Positions 37,201-46,642 of a stretch of DNA of 64,000 nucleotides are shown here, piece by piece. Location: positions 108,048-172,047 of the forward strand of contig CAWEJO010000007.1 in the NCBI GenBank assembly GCA_963809375.1. Direction: 5' to 3'. Source of the stretch: an uncultured Chloroflexia bacterium. Its GTDB lineage: Bacteria > Chloroflexota > Limnocylindria > Limnocylindrales > CSP1-4. The translations under genes were made by a program, and so were the position numbers. The number at the start of each line of letters is the position of its first letter. Position 1 is the stretch's first letter. The notes under the pieces were generated by a model, which searched no databases, was not told the origin of the DNA, and was given only the letters and a program-made list of their open reading frames with translations.

Positions 37201-37287
37201 CCCTGGCAACCGGGCGGTCTCCGGCCGGCCGGACCGAAGATCCCTGGCTTTGCGTCGCCGCCTCGCGGCGGGTTTGCCCCTGGCAGG
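37201..37287 (-). promoter_or_regulatory. c-di-GMP-I (GEMM-I) riboswitch aptamer, copy 2
   Basis: Minus-strand RNA: CCUGCCAGGGGCAAACCCGCCGCGAGGCGGCGACGCAAAGCCAGGGAUCUUCGGUCCGGCCGGCCGGAGACCGCCCGGUUGCCAGGG. It has the same 87-nt length and blocks as copy 1, with a GCGA tetraloop. The substitutions in the distal helix preserve pairing. Confidence 0.75.
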
Positions 37288-37322
37288 TGGGATCGGGGAA
37301 GGCCGTCTGGCCTCCGCCGTGA

Positions 37323-37328
37323 ACGCTA
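37323..37328 (-). promoter_or_regulatory. Candidate -10 hexamer TAGCGT for riboswitch unit 2
   Basis: Same hexamer and same 35-nt distance to the aptamer as in unit 1. A GTACC.TGGC motif lies 24 nt upstream in both units. Confidence 0.3.
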
Positions 37329-37357
37329 TTCCCCGTTTGGCGCGCCGGCCACGGTAC

Positions 37358-37922
37358 CTATGGTGCGGGTTCGGCGTCCGCTCGGGCGATGTGCGGCGCG
37401 GCACCGCGGCGCATCGCGGCAACGATGATGACCACCACGCCGACGCCGATCAGGATGTCGCCGACGCTGAAGATGTTGGCGCCGGGCATCCAGCGCGGCA
37501 TGGCGAACACGTCGGTCAGGAGCTCCAGGTTCGGATGCGCCACGGCGGCGCTGTTCGAGTACTCGGTGCCGAGGACCCGGCCGAGCGCCGCCAGGGCGGA
37601 AGCGCCCGCGGGCATGTAGCCGCCGTTCGCGACGATCGCGGCCAGGTTGCAGGCGGCGCCCGCCACCAGGATCGGGACGCCGGTGACCCGCCAGTTCGCG
37701 GCGATCGCCAGCAGCACCGCCACGGTCGACAGCGACGTAGAGGGGCGGGCCGAGGCTCCCGACGCGCTCGGTGACGGCAGGCGAGAACAGGATGACCTGC
37801 CCGAGGAGCCCGAAGACGAAGACCGGCGCCCACCGGAACTGGAGTCCGGCCAGGTTGCCGAGGCGGCCGCCGAGGAGCAGGCCGAGGACGAGACCCACCG
37901 GGATGGCGTACAGCATGAACAC
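37358..37922 (-). pseudogene. DUF5317-like polytopic membrane protein, interrupted by one frameshift (or a sequencing indel)
   Basis: The N-terminal part MFMLYAIPVGLVLGLLLGGRL...RFRWAPVFVF...GPPLYV lies in the frame of the 37922 ORF. The C-terminal part LSTVAVLLAIAANWR...AAIVANGGYMPAG...AMPRWMPGANIFSVGDILIG lies in the frame of the 37358 ORF. The junction is near 37731-37741. The family assignment is from memory. Confidence 0.55.
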
Positions 37923-38424
37923 GGCGCGTCACCTGGGGGCGGCTGCTGGGTTGACCCATCGCGGATCCCGCCCGCGCGAGGGTTCGGCCGGACCGCCCGG
38001 CCAGTCGGGTGCAGTCTCCCGCCCGGCCGCTGCCCGGTCCGTCGCCCGAAAGTCCCACGCGGGCTGGTTCGGGTCCTCCCCCCGGGTGGGGCGGCGCTGC
38101 CCCGGCGCGCGTGGAAGTACTTTCGTCCCGGTGCGCGAGCGCCGGCATTGCCCGGAGAATGCTGGTCTGGGCCCACCATGGGCCGGTCCGGACGCGCTTG
38201 GCCGCGCCCCGGAGTGCCGCCCCCAGCTTGCCGGGGAGATGCCCGACCAGCCCGCAATCGCAGATTCGCCGCCCGTGAGGCGTGCCGCGACCCGGCCGAC
38301 CCAGCTCGGTCCGGAGATCGAGCACTTCGCCGGCTCGGCGCGCGTCGCCGACCTCGGCCCCGACCCGGCGGACCCTGGCTTCCACGCCGACGACGAGCCG
38401 GGCGCGCCGCCGTCCCCGTCATCG

Positions 38425-40968
38425 ATGCGCTCGGCCCAGGTTCGGGTCGCGATCGTCGCCGGGCTCGTCGCGGGAGCGGCGGCGCTCCTGTCCGTCCTCC
38501 TGCTGCCGCACATGCGGCCGTTCGGGGCGCCCTACCACGTGCCGTGGTGGCTGGTCGCGCTGGGCTTCTTCATCGCGGACTGGAAGGTCCTCCACGTCCA
38601 CTTCCGGCGCGAGACGCACGTGTTCACGATGATCGAGGTCCCCGTCGTGGCTGGCCTCTTCCTGCTCGCGCCGGCCGAGTACCTGCTCGCCGCCGTCACG
38701 GGCGGCGGCCTCGGGCTCCTCGTCACGGGGCGGGGCTCGTGGCTGAAGATGGCGTACAACCTGGCGCTCGCGGCCCTGATCGGGATCGTGATCCTGGCCA
38801 TCTTCCAGCTGTTCACCGACCACACGCCCCCACCGTCGCTTGCCGACTGGGTCGCCGCGGTCCTGGCGACCCTGGCGGCAGCCGTCCTCGCCGCGATCCT
38901 CACCGCGACCGTGATCACGGCTTCGGGCGGAGCGCCGCAGTTCCACAAGCTGCCCGAGATGATCCGGTTCGGCAGCCTGATCGCGGTCGCGAACACCAGC
39001 CTCGCGCTCCTGGCGATCACGGTGATGTGGCAGGACCAGGCAGCCATCGCCCTGGTCGCCCTGCCCCTGCTGGCCCTCTTCTTCGTCTACGGCGCCTACC
39101 TGTCCGAACGCGAGAAGCATCAGCGCCTCGAGCTGCTCTACCAGTCGAGCCGGATCATGCAGCACAGCCCGGAGCTGGACTCGGCGATCATGGCCGTGCT
39201 CGAGCACGCCCGCGAGATGTTCCGCGCGGAGACTGCCGAGATCCTGCTCTTCCCGCAGCCCGGCTCGGGCGAGGCGCTCCGGACGGTCGCCCGGAGCGAG
39301 GGCGAGCCCGAGGTGATGGTGCCGGTGCCGTTCGATCCCGACGATCCGCTGGCCCGGCGGACGGCGACCGAGGGCCGCGCCTTCTTCCCGGTCGACCCGC
39401 GCGGAGCGACCGACAGCCAGGTGATGCTCAGCCCGCTCGCGGGCGACTCGGGCATCTTCGGGATGATGCGGGTCGCCCACCGCCTGACGGCCGGGACGAG
39501 CTTCGACACCGACGACCTGCGCCTGCTCGAGACGCTCGCCAACCAGGCGGCGGTCGCCCTCGAGAACGGCCAGCTCGAGCAGTCTCTCGCCGAGCTGTCG
39601 CGCCTCAAGGAGCAGCTCCGGTTCCTGGCCTACCACGATCCGCTCACCAGCCTGCCGAACCGGATCTCGATGGCGGAGGAGATCGACACCCGCCTCTCGA
39701 CCCCGGGTGCGGAGCCCCCCACGATCCTGTACATCGACCTCGACGACTTCAAGGTCGTCAACGACTCGCTCGGCCACCACGCCGGCGACGAGATCCTCGT
39801 CGCGGCGTCCGACCGGATCCGCAACTGCCTTGGCCCGGGCGACGTGGCGGCCCGCCTCGGCGGCGACGAGTTCGCCGTGCTCCTCACCGAGGGCGAGCGA
39901 TTCGACAGGTCGACCGCGACGAGCGCGGCGCTCCTCCGGGTGCTCCGCTCGCCGTTCGTCCTCAACGGCCAGGAGATGACCATCGGGGCGAGCATCGGGA
40001 TCGCGACGTGGCGGGCGGGCCAGTCGGCCGACGAGCTGCTGCGCGACGCCGACGTCGCCATGTACGCCGCCAAGACCAGCGGCAAGCGCCGCATCGCCCG
40101 GTTCGACCCGTCGATGCACGCCGCCCTCGTCGCCCGCCACACGCTCTCGGTCGAGCTCGCGCGTGGGCTCGAGCGCGGGGAGCTCGAGGTCCACTACCAG
40201 CCGATCGTGGAGCTCGTCTCGGGCCGCATCACGGCGATCGAGGCGCTCGCCCGCTGGCGCCATCCGGTGCGCGGCCTGATCTCCCCCGACGAGTTCATCG
40301 CGATCGCCGAGGAGACCGGCTCGATCAACACGCTCGGCCGGATCGTCCTCGTCCAGGCCGCGGCCCAGGTCGCCCGCTGGAGCAGGCTGCCCGACATCGG
40401 GCCCGACCTGCGGGTCTCCATCAACGTCTCGCCGGTGGAGCTGCTCCAGGTCGACTTCGTGGGTGACGTCCGGTCGGCCCTCGAGATCGCCGGCCTCGCC
40501 TCCGACCAGCTGATCCTGGAGGTCACCGAGACGGTCATGCTGCGCGACACGCAGCCGACGATCGCCAAGCTCGACGAGCTGACGAGGATCGGCGTCGGCG
40601 TCGCCGTCGACGACTTCGGGACCGGCTACTCGTCGCTGGGCTACCTGCGCCGGTTCCCCGTCAGCGTCCTCAAGATCGCCCGGGAGTTCGTCCCGCCGTC
40701 GCACTCGCAGACCGCCGAGGCTGACTGGGCCGTCGCGAGCACGATCATCGCCCTTGGCCGGGCGATGAACCTGCGGGTCGTCGCCGAAGGCATCGAGGAG
40801 GCGGTCCAGCTCGACCGGCTCCGGGCCATGGGCTGCGAGTTCGGCCAGGGGTACCTCTTCCTCCCGCCGCACGACGCCGCCACGATCGAGCCCTACCTGC
40901 GGGGCGTCGTCGAGCTCGACGGCGGCGCGTCGGTCGCCACCCGGGCTGCCCGCGAGCCGGCCGCCTGA
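38425..40968 (+). CDS. Membrane-bound GAF-GGDEF-EAL protein (diguanylate cyclase/phosphodiesterase)
   Basis: About 8 TM helices, then a GAF-like region. The GGDEF domain has RLGGDEFAVLL and the EAL domain has YQPIV ... AIEALARW ... DDFGTGYSSL ... KIAREF. The start is uncertain (ATG at 38425, ATG at 38240 or further upstream); the track start at 37771 overlaps the divergent gene. Confidence 0.9.
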   Translation: MRSAQVRVAIVAGLVAGAAALLSVLLLPHMRPFGAPYHVPWWLVALGFFIADWKVLHVHFRRETHVFTMIEVPVVAGLFLLAPAEYLLAAVTGGGLGLLVTGRGSWLKMAYNLALAALIGIVILAIFQLFTDHTPPPSLADWVAAVLATLAAAVLAAILTATVITASGGAPQFHKLPEMIRFGSLIAVANTSLALLAITVMWQDQAAIALVALPLLALFFVYGAYLSEREKHQRLELLYQSSRIMQHSPELDSAIMAVLEHAREMFRAETAEILLFPQPGSGEALRTVARSEGEPEVMVPVPFDPDDPLARRTATEGRAFFPVDPRGATDSQVMLSPLAGDSGIFGMMRVAHRLTAGTSFDTDDLRLLETLANQAAVALENGQLEQSLAELSRLKEQLRFLAYHDPLTSLPNRISMAEEIDTRLSTPGAEPPTILYIDLDDFKVVNDSLGHHAGDEILVAASDRIRNCLGPGDVAARLGGDEFAVLLTEGERFDRSTATSAALLRVLRSPFVLNGQEMTIGASIGIATWRAGQSADELLRDADVAMYAAKTSGKRRIARFDPSMHAALVARHTLSVELARGLERGELEVHYQPIVELVSGRITAIEALARWRHPVRGLISPDEFIAIAEETGSINTLGRIVLVQAAAQVARWSRLPDIGPDLRVSINVSPVELLQVDFVGDVRSALEIAGLASDQLILEVTETVMLRDTQPTIAKLDELTRIGVGVAVDDFGTGYSSLGYLRRFPVSVLKIAREFVPPSHSQTAEADWAVASTIIALGRAMNLRVVAEGIEEAVQLDRLRAMGCEFGQGYLFLPPHDAATIEPYLRGVVELDGGASVATRAAREPAA

Positions 40969-41086
40969 CCACCTGCGGCCCACGGCCCGCGGCAGCCTAC
41001 GCCCGACCGCGGCAGTCGATGGCCGCCACCGAACGTCTCCGGGCAGTCCGGTGGGGTCCCGTACGGATGTCCCATCCGCGACGTGG

Positions 41087-41114
41087 TTGACGAGTGCAGG
41101 ATCCCTGCTATAGT
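41087..41114 (+). promoter_or_regulatory. Sigma-70-type promoter for the ilvB leader
   Basis: TTGACG (41087-41092), a 16-nt spacer, then TATAGT (41109-41114). These near-consensus hexamers stand out in very GC-rich DNA, about 390 nt upstream of ilvB. Confidence 0.55.
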
Positions 41115-41154
41115 CGTCCAACTCGTCGCACCAGCGGCGGGGAGCACGAACCCG

Positions 41155-41367
41155 GTGTCGATCTCAGTGGGCTTCTTCGGTGGAAACGCGGGCCGACCCG
41201 TTGCCGTCCTCGTGACGCGCGACGGCCGCCGCGTGAACGTGCCCCTCGACGAGCTTCCCCCCGACACGCGGATCGTACGGCGCTCGATCGTTCTCTCCCT
41301 TCTGGGCCTTCTGGGCCTTATTACCGGCTCCCGGCGGGAGCCTGGAGGGCGGCGGACGGGGCGCTGA
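41155..41367 (+). CDS. Candidate ilv leader peptide ORF with a Ile/Val/Leu-rich control run
   Basis: Frame of the 41083 ORF. The possible GTG start at 41155 has GGGGAG 10 nt upstream, but the start is uncertain. The run RIVRRSIVLSLLGLLGLIT (41269-41325) uses codons that are rare here (GTA, GTT, CTT x3, ATT). It stops at 41365-41367. Confidence 0.35.
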   Translation: MSISVGFFGGNAGRPVAVLVTRDGRRVNVPLDELPPDTRIVRRSIVLSLLGLLGLITGSRREPGGRRTGR

Positions 41368-41396
41368 GGCGCAACGAACACCAGGACCGACCAGGA

Positions 41397-41429
41397 CCCT
41401 CGCCGGGAGACCGGCGGGGGTTTCTTCTT
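41397..41429 (+). terminator. Intrinsic terminator (attenuator) in the ilvB leader
   Basis: CCCTCGCCGG-GAGA-CCGGCGGGGG forms a 10-bp stem (one G-U pair) with a GNRA loop, followed by TTTCTTCTT. It lies 78 nt upstream of the ilvB ATG. Confidence 0.65.
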
Positions 41430-41506
41430 GTCCGGCGGCCGCGGGCGCGGCCAGTGCCGCGGTCAGGGGGACGCGGCGGGACCGCGAACGCAGGAGGTTG
41501 CACGCC

Positions 41507-43399
41507 ATGGCGATCACGAAGGGCGACCGGTCGGCCGAGCCCTCGCAGACGCGGCCAACGGCCACGGCGCCGGCACGCCGGAGCCACCTGCCGGGGGCGG
41601 GCACGCCCGAGGCCGATGCCGTCGAGGAGGCCCGCCGGGAGATGTTCTCGGAGGCGCGGGGCCGCCGGCGCGAGCGCGCCCGGATCGGCGCTGACGTCGT
41701 CTGCGAGGCGATCCTGCGCCAGGGCGTCGACGTGCTGTTCGGCTATCCGGGCGGCGTGATCCTGCCGCTCTACGACGTGCTCGCCGATCACCCCGAGCTG
41801 CGCCACGTGCTCGTCCGCCACGAGCAGGGCGGCGCCCACGCCGCCGACGGATATGCGCGCGCCACGGGCAAGGTCGGCGTCTGCCTCGGCACCTCGGGAC
41901 CCGCGGCGACCAACCTCGTCACCGGGATCGCGACCGCCCAGCTCGATTCGATCCCGATGGTCGCGATCACCGGCAACGTCGCCTCGCCGCTGATCGGCAA
42001 GGACGCGTTCCAGGAGATCGACATCACCGGGATCACGCTCCCGATGACCAAGCACAACTACCTGGTCCGCAACGCCGATGAGCTGCCCCGGGTCTTCGCC
42101 GAGGCGTTCCACATCGCCCGCAGCGGCCGACCCGGGCCCGTCCACATCGACATCACGAAGGACTGCCTCCAGCAGGAGACGAACGCGCCCCACCCGACCG
42201 ACGAGGAGGTCATCGCCGGGCTGCCGGGCTTCCGGCCGAACCTCGACGGCCACCCCCGCCAGGTCCGCCTCGTCGCCGAAGAGATCGCCCGCGCGCGGCG
42301 GCCGGTGATCCTTGCCGGCCACGGCATCCTCATCGCCGACGCGATGGACGAGCTCCGCGAGCTCGCCGAGAAGACCCGCATCCCGGTCGCCTGGACGCTC
42401 CTCGGCGTCGGGGCGATGGACGAGCAGCACCCGCTCGCCTACGGCTACATGGGCATGCACGGCTGGAAGCACGTCAACCGGGCCATCCAGACCGCCGACC
42501 TGCTCATCGCCCTCGGGATGCGCTTCGACGACCGGGTGACCGGCAGCGTCAAGACCTACGCGCCGTACGCCCGGATCGTCCATGTCGACATCGACCCCGC
42601 CGAGATCGGCAAGAACGTCAGCGTCGAGGTCCCGGTCGTCGGCGACGTGAAGCGCGTCCTCGCCGCGCTCATCCCGCAGGTGGCCGAGGTCGATGAGGCG
42701 GAGCGCGCCGACTACTTCGCCCAGCTCGCCGACTGGCGCCGCGACTCCGAGCGGACCAGCTGGCACGGCTCCGGTGCCTGGCGGGACGGCCTCCTGTCGG
42801 CCGACTTCGTGGTCGCCCAGATCGGCGAGGTCACCGGCCACGACGCGACGCTGGTCGCCGACGTCGGCCAGAACCAGATGTGGACCGCCCGCTACGCCGG
42901 GTACCGCCGGCCGAACAGCCACCTCTCGTCCGGTGGTCTTGGCACGATGGGCTACGCGATGCCGGCGGCCATGGGGGCCGCGCTCGGCCGGCCCGACAAG
43001 TCGACCTGGGCGATCGTCGGCGACGGCGGCTTCCAGATGACCGTCCAGGAGCTGGCCACGCTCGTCCAGGACCGGATCCCGGTCCGGATCGCGATCCTCG
43101 ACAACAAGAAGCTGGGCATGATCCGCCAGTGGCAGGAGCTCTTCTACGAGGGCAACTACCACTCGGCGAGCCTGTTCGGCCCGGACTACCTCAAGCTCGC
43201 CGATGCGTACGGCATCCCGGCCTGGAAGGTGACCACGCCCGACGAGGTCCACGCGGCCGTCGAGGCCGCCGAGGCCACCGACGGGCCTGCCCTCGTGTGG
43301 TTCGAGGTCGCCGCCGAGCAGAACGTCTACCCCATCATGCCGGCCGGCAAGGGCCTCTCCGACATGATCGTCGAGAAGGCCGGAGGCCCCGAGGAATGA
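41507..43399 (+). CDS. ilvB: Acetolactate synthase large subunit
   Basis: ATG at 41507 with AGGAGG 9 nt upstream. Motifs [14 protein letters not shown]-binding [16 protein letters not shown] and VGDGGFQM. Confidence 0.95.
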   Translation: MAITKGDRSAEPSQTRPTATAPARRSHLPGAGTPEADAVEEARREMFSEARGRRRERARIGADVVCEAILRQGVDVLFGYPGGVILPLYDVLADHPELRHVLVRHEQGGAHAADGYARATGKVGVCLGTSGPAATNLVTGIATAQLDSIPMVAITGNVASPLIGKDAFQEIDITGITLPMTKHNYLVRNADELPRVFAEAFHIARSGRPGPVHIDITKDCLQQETNAPHPTDEEVIAGLPGFRPNLDGHPRQVRLVAEEIARARRPVILAGHGILIADAMDELRELAEKTRIPVAWTLLGVGAMDEQHPLAYGYMGMHGWKHVNRAIQTADLLIALGMRFDDRVTGSVKTYAPYARIVHVDIDPAEIGKNVSVEVPVVGDVKRVLAALIPQVAEVDEAERADYFAQLADWRRDSERTSWHGSGAWRDGLLSADFVVAQIGEVTGHDATLVADVGQNQMWTARYAGYRRPNSHLSSGGLGTMGYAMPAAMGAALGRPDKSTWAIVGDGGFQMTVQELATLVQDRIPVRIAILDNKKLGMIRQWQELFYEGNYHSASLFGPDYLKLADAYGIPAWKVTTPDEVHAAVEAAEATDGPALVWFEVAAEQNVYPIMPAGKGLSDMIVEKAGGPEE

Positions 43400-43961
43400 G
43401 CCCCGATCCAGCCGCCCACGCCGCGCCACCCGCCCGCTACGTCCCGGGCTCGGGCGAGCAGCGCCGGCACGTCCTCGTCGCGATCGTCAACAACCGGACC
43501 GGGGTCCTCAATCGCGTCGCGTCCCTGATGCGGGCCCGCAACTTCAACATCGAGACGCTCGCCGTCAGCCACCTCGACGATCCCACGATCTCGCGGATGA
43601 CGATCACGCTCCGCGGCGACGACGTCCACGTCGAGCAGGCCGCAAAGCAGCTCTACCGGCTCATCGATGTCCTCAAGGTCCAGGACGTGACCGACGAGCC
43701 GACCGTCCAGCACGAGCTCGCCCTGGTCAAGGTCCGGGCCACGGACCGCACCCGCGGCGAGCTGATCTCCATCGTCGAGATGTACAAAGGCCGGATCGTC
43801 GACATGGCGCCCGACTCGGTGATCATCGAGACGACCGGCACCGAGTCCGAGGTCGACGCCCTGATCGCGCTCGTCCGCGGCTACGGCATCAAGGAGCTGG
43901 TCCGGACCGGGACGGTCGTGATGTCCCGCGGATCCCAGTCGATCGAGGAGGCGACCAAGCG

Positions 43962-43965
<4 letters not shown>
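43396..43965 (+). CDS. ilvN: Acetolactate synthase small (regulatory) subunit
   Basis: The ATG at 43396 overlaps the ilvB stop (ATGA). ACT-domain sequence [33 protein letters not shown]. Confidence 0.9.
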
Positions 43966-45013
<1,048 letters not shown>

Positions 45014-45014
<1 letters not shown>

Positions 45015-46642
45015 TGAGCACCCCAGTACCGTCGGGCCCGTTCGTCCCCGAGGGTTCCGTCCGGATCTTCGACACCACCCTGCGGGACGGCGAGCAGGCC
45101 CCCGGAGCGGGCCTGACGGCCGCCGAGAAGCTCGACGTCGCCCGCCAGCTCGTGCGCCTCAAGGTCGACGTCATCGAGGCCGGCTTCCCGGCCGCGTCGC
45201 CGGGTGACTGGGAGGCCGTCAACAGGATCGCCCGGGAGGCACGGGGCGTCTCGATCGCCGCGCTGGCGCGCTGCCGCGACGGCGACCCGCAGAAGGCGAT
45301 CGAGGCGATCCGCGTCGCCGAGCGGCCCCATCTCCACGTGTTCATCGCGACCTCCGACATCCACCTCAAGCACAAGCTCCGGATGTCCCGCGACGAGGCG
45401 CTCGCCGAGGCGGTCCGCTGGGTCCGCTACGGGCGCCGCGAGCTGGGGCGCGACGCCGAGATCGAGTTCTCGGCCGAGGACGCGTCCAGGACGGACATCG
45501 AGTTCCTGCTCGCGGTGTACGCCGCCGTCGTGGAGGCCGGGGCCTCGACGGTCAACATCCCGGACACCGTCGGGTACGCCATCCCGGCCGAGTTCGGGTC
45601 CCTGACCGCGCGGGTGGTCGACCTCGTCGGGCGGGACGCGACCATCTCGGTCCATTGCCACAACGACCTCGGGCTCGCCACGGCCAACACGCTGGCCGCC
45701 GTCCAGGCGGGCGCCCGGCAGGTCGAGGTCACCATCAACGGCCTCGGGGAGCGCGCCGGGAACGCGTCGCTCGAGGAGGTCGTGATGGCCCTCCGGACCC
45801 GGCCGACGCAGTTCCCTGATCTCGGCAGCCACGTCCAGACCGAGCAGCTGACGGCCGCCAGCCGGCTGGTCAGCAACCTGACGGGGTTCGCCATCCAGCC
45901 CAACAAGGCAGTCGTCGGCGGCAACGCCTTCGCCCACGAGTCGGGCATCCACCAGGACGGCGTGATCAAGAACCCGCTCACGTACGAGATCATGACCCCG
46001 CAGTCGGTCGGCCTCACCGGCAGCCAGCTGACCATCGGCAAGCTGTCGGGCCGCAAGGGGCTCCAGCGCAAGCTGCACGACCTCGGGCACGAGGTGGTCG
46101 GCGACGCACTCGACATCCTGTATCGCGACGCGATCGCGCTCGCCGACGCGAAGAAGGAGGTCACCGACGCCGACCTCCTCGCCCTCGTCGAGCAGCGCAC
46201 GGCCGCGAGCACGCGGCCTACCATCGTCCTCGACGACTGGAGCGTCACCTCCGGCCGGAAGGGACGTGCCCATGGGTCGGCTGTGGTGACCCTCGACGGC
46301 GAGGCGCGCGAGGGGGCCGCGACGGGCAACGGCCCGGTCAACGCCCTGTACCGTGCGGTCGACGACGCGATCCGGCCGATCCTCGGCTGGGAGCCGACGC
46401 TCGTCGAGTACGAGATCAAGGCCGTGACCGCGGGCGAGGACGCCCAGGGACGCGTGTTCGTCCGCTGCCGGCGCTCGACCGACGAGAGCCCGAGCCCGGT
46501 GGTCGTCTCGGGCCACGGGCTGTCCACCAACATCATCGAGGCTTCCCTCGAGGCCTACGTCGTGGCGGCCAACAAGCTGCGGGCGGCCGAGCATGGGGAG
46601 GGAGTCGTGACCACCGGCCGCGTCGCCACCCAGTCGTCGTGA
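45014..46642 (+). CDS. leuA: 2-isopropylmalate synthase
   Basis: VRIFDTTLRDGEQAPG and HCHNDLGLATANTLAAV motifs, with a C-terminal LeuA-dimer regulatory domain (GNGPVNALYRAVD). ATG at 45014 has GGGAGG 5 nt upstream; GTG at 45011 is also possible. Confidence 0.9.

Noticed and set aside
37923-38424. The long spacer upstream of the GGDEF-EAL gene was checked for a third c-di-GMP aptamer or other riboswitch.
   Set aside because: No GCAAAC...ACGCAAAGC blocks occur on either strand. Part of it may instead be coding if the enzyme starts at ATG 38240 or further upstream.
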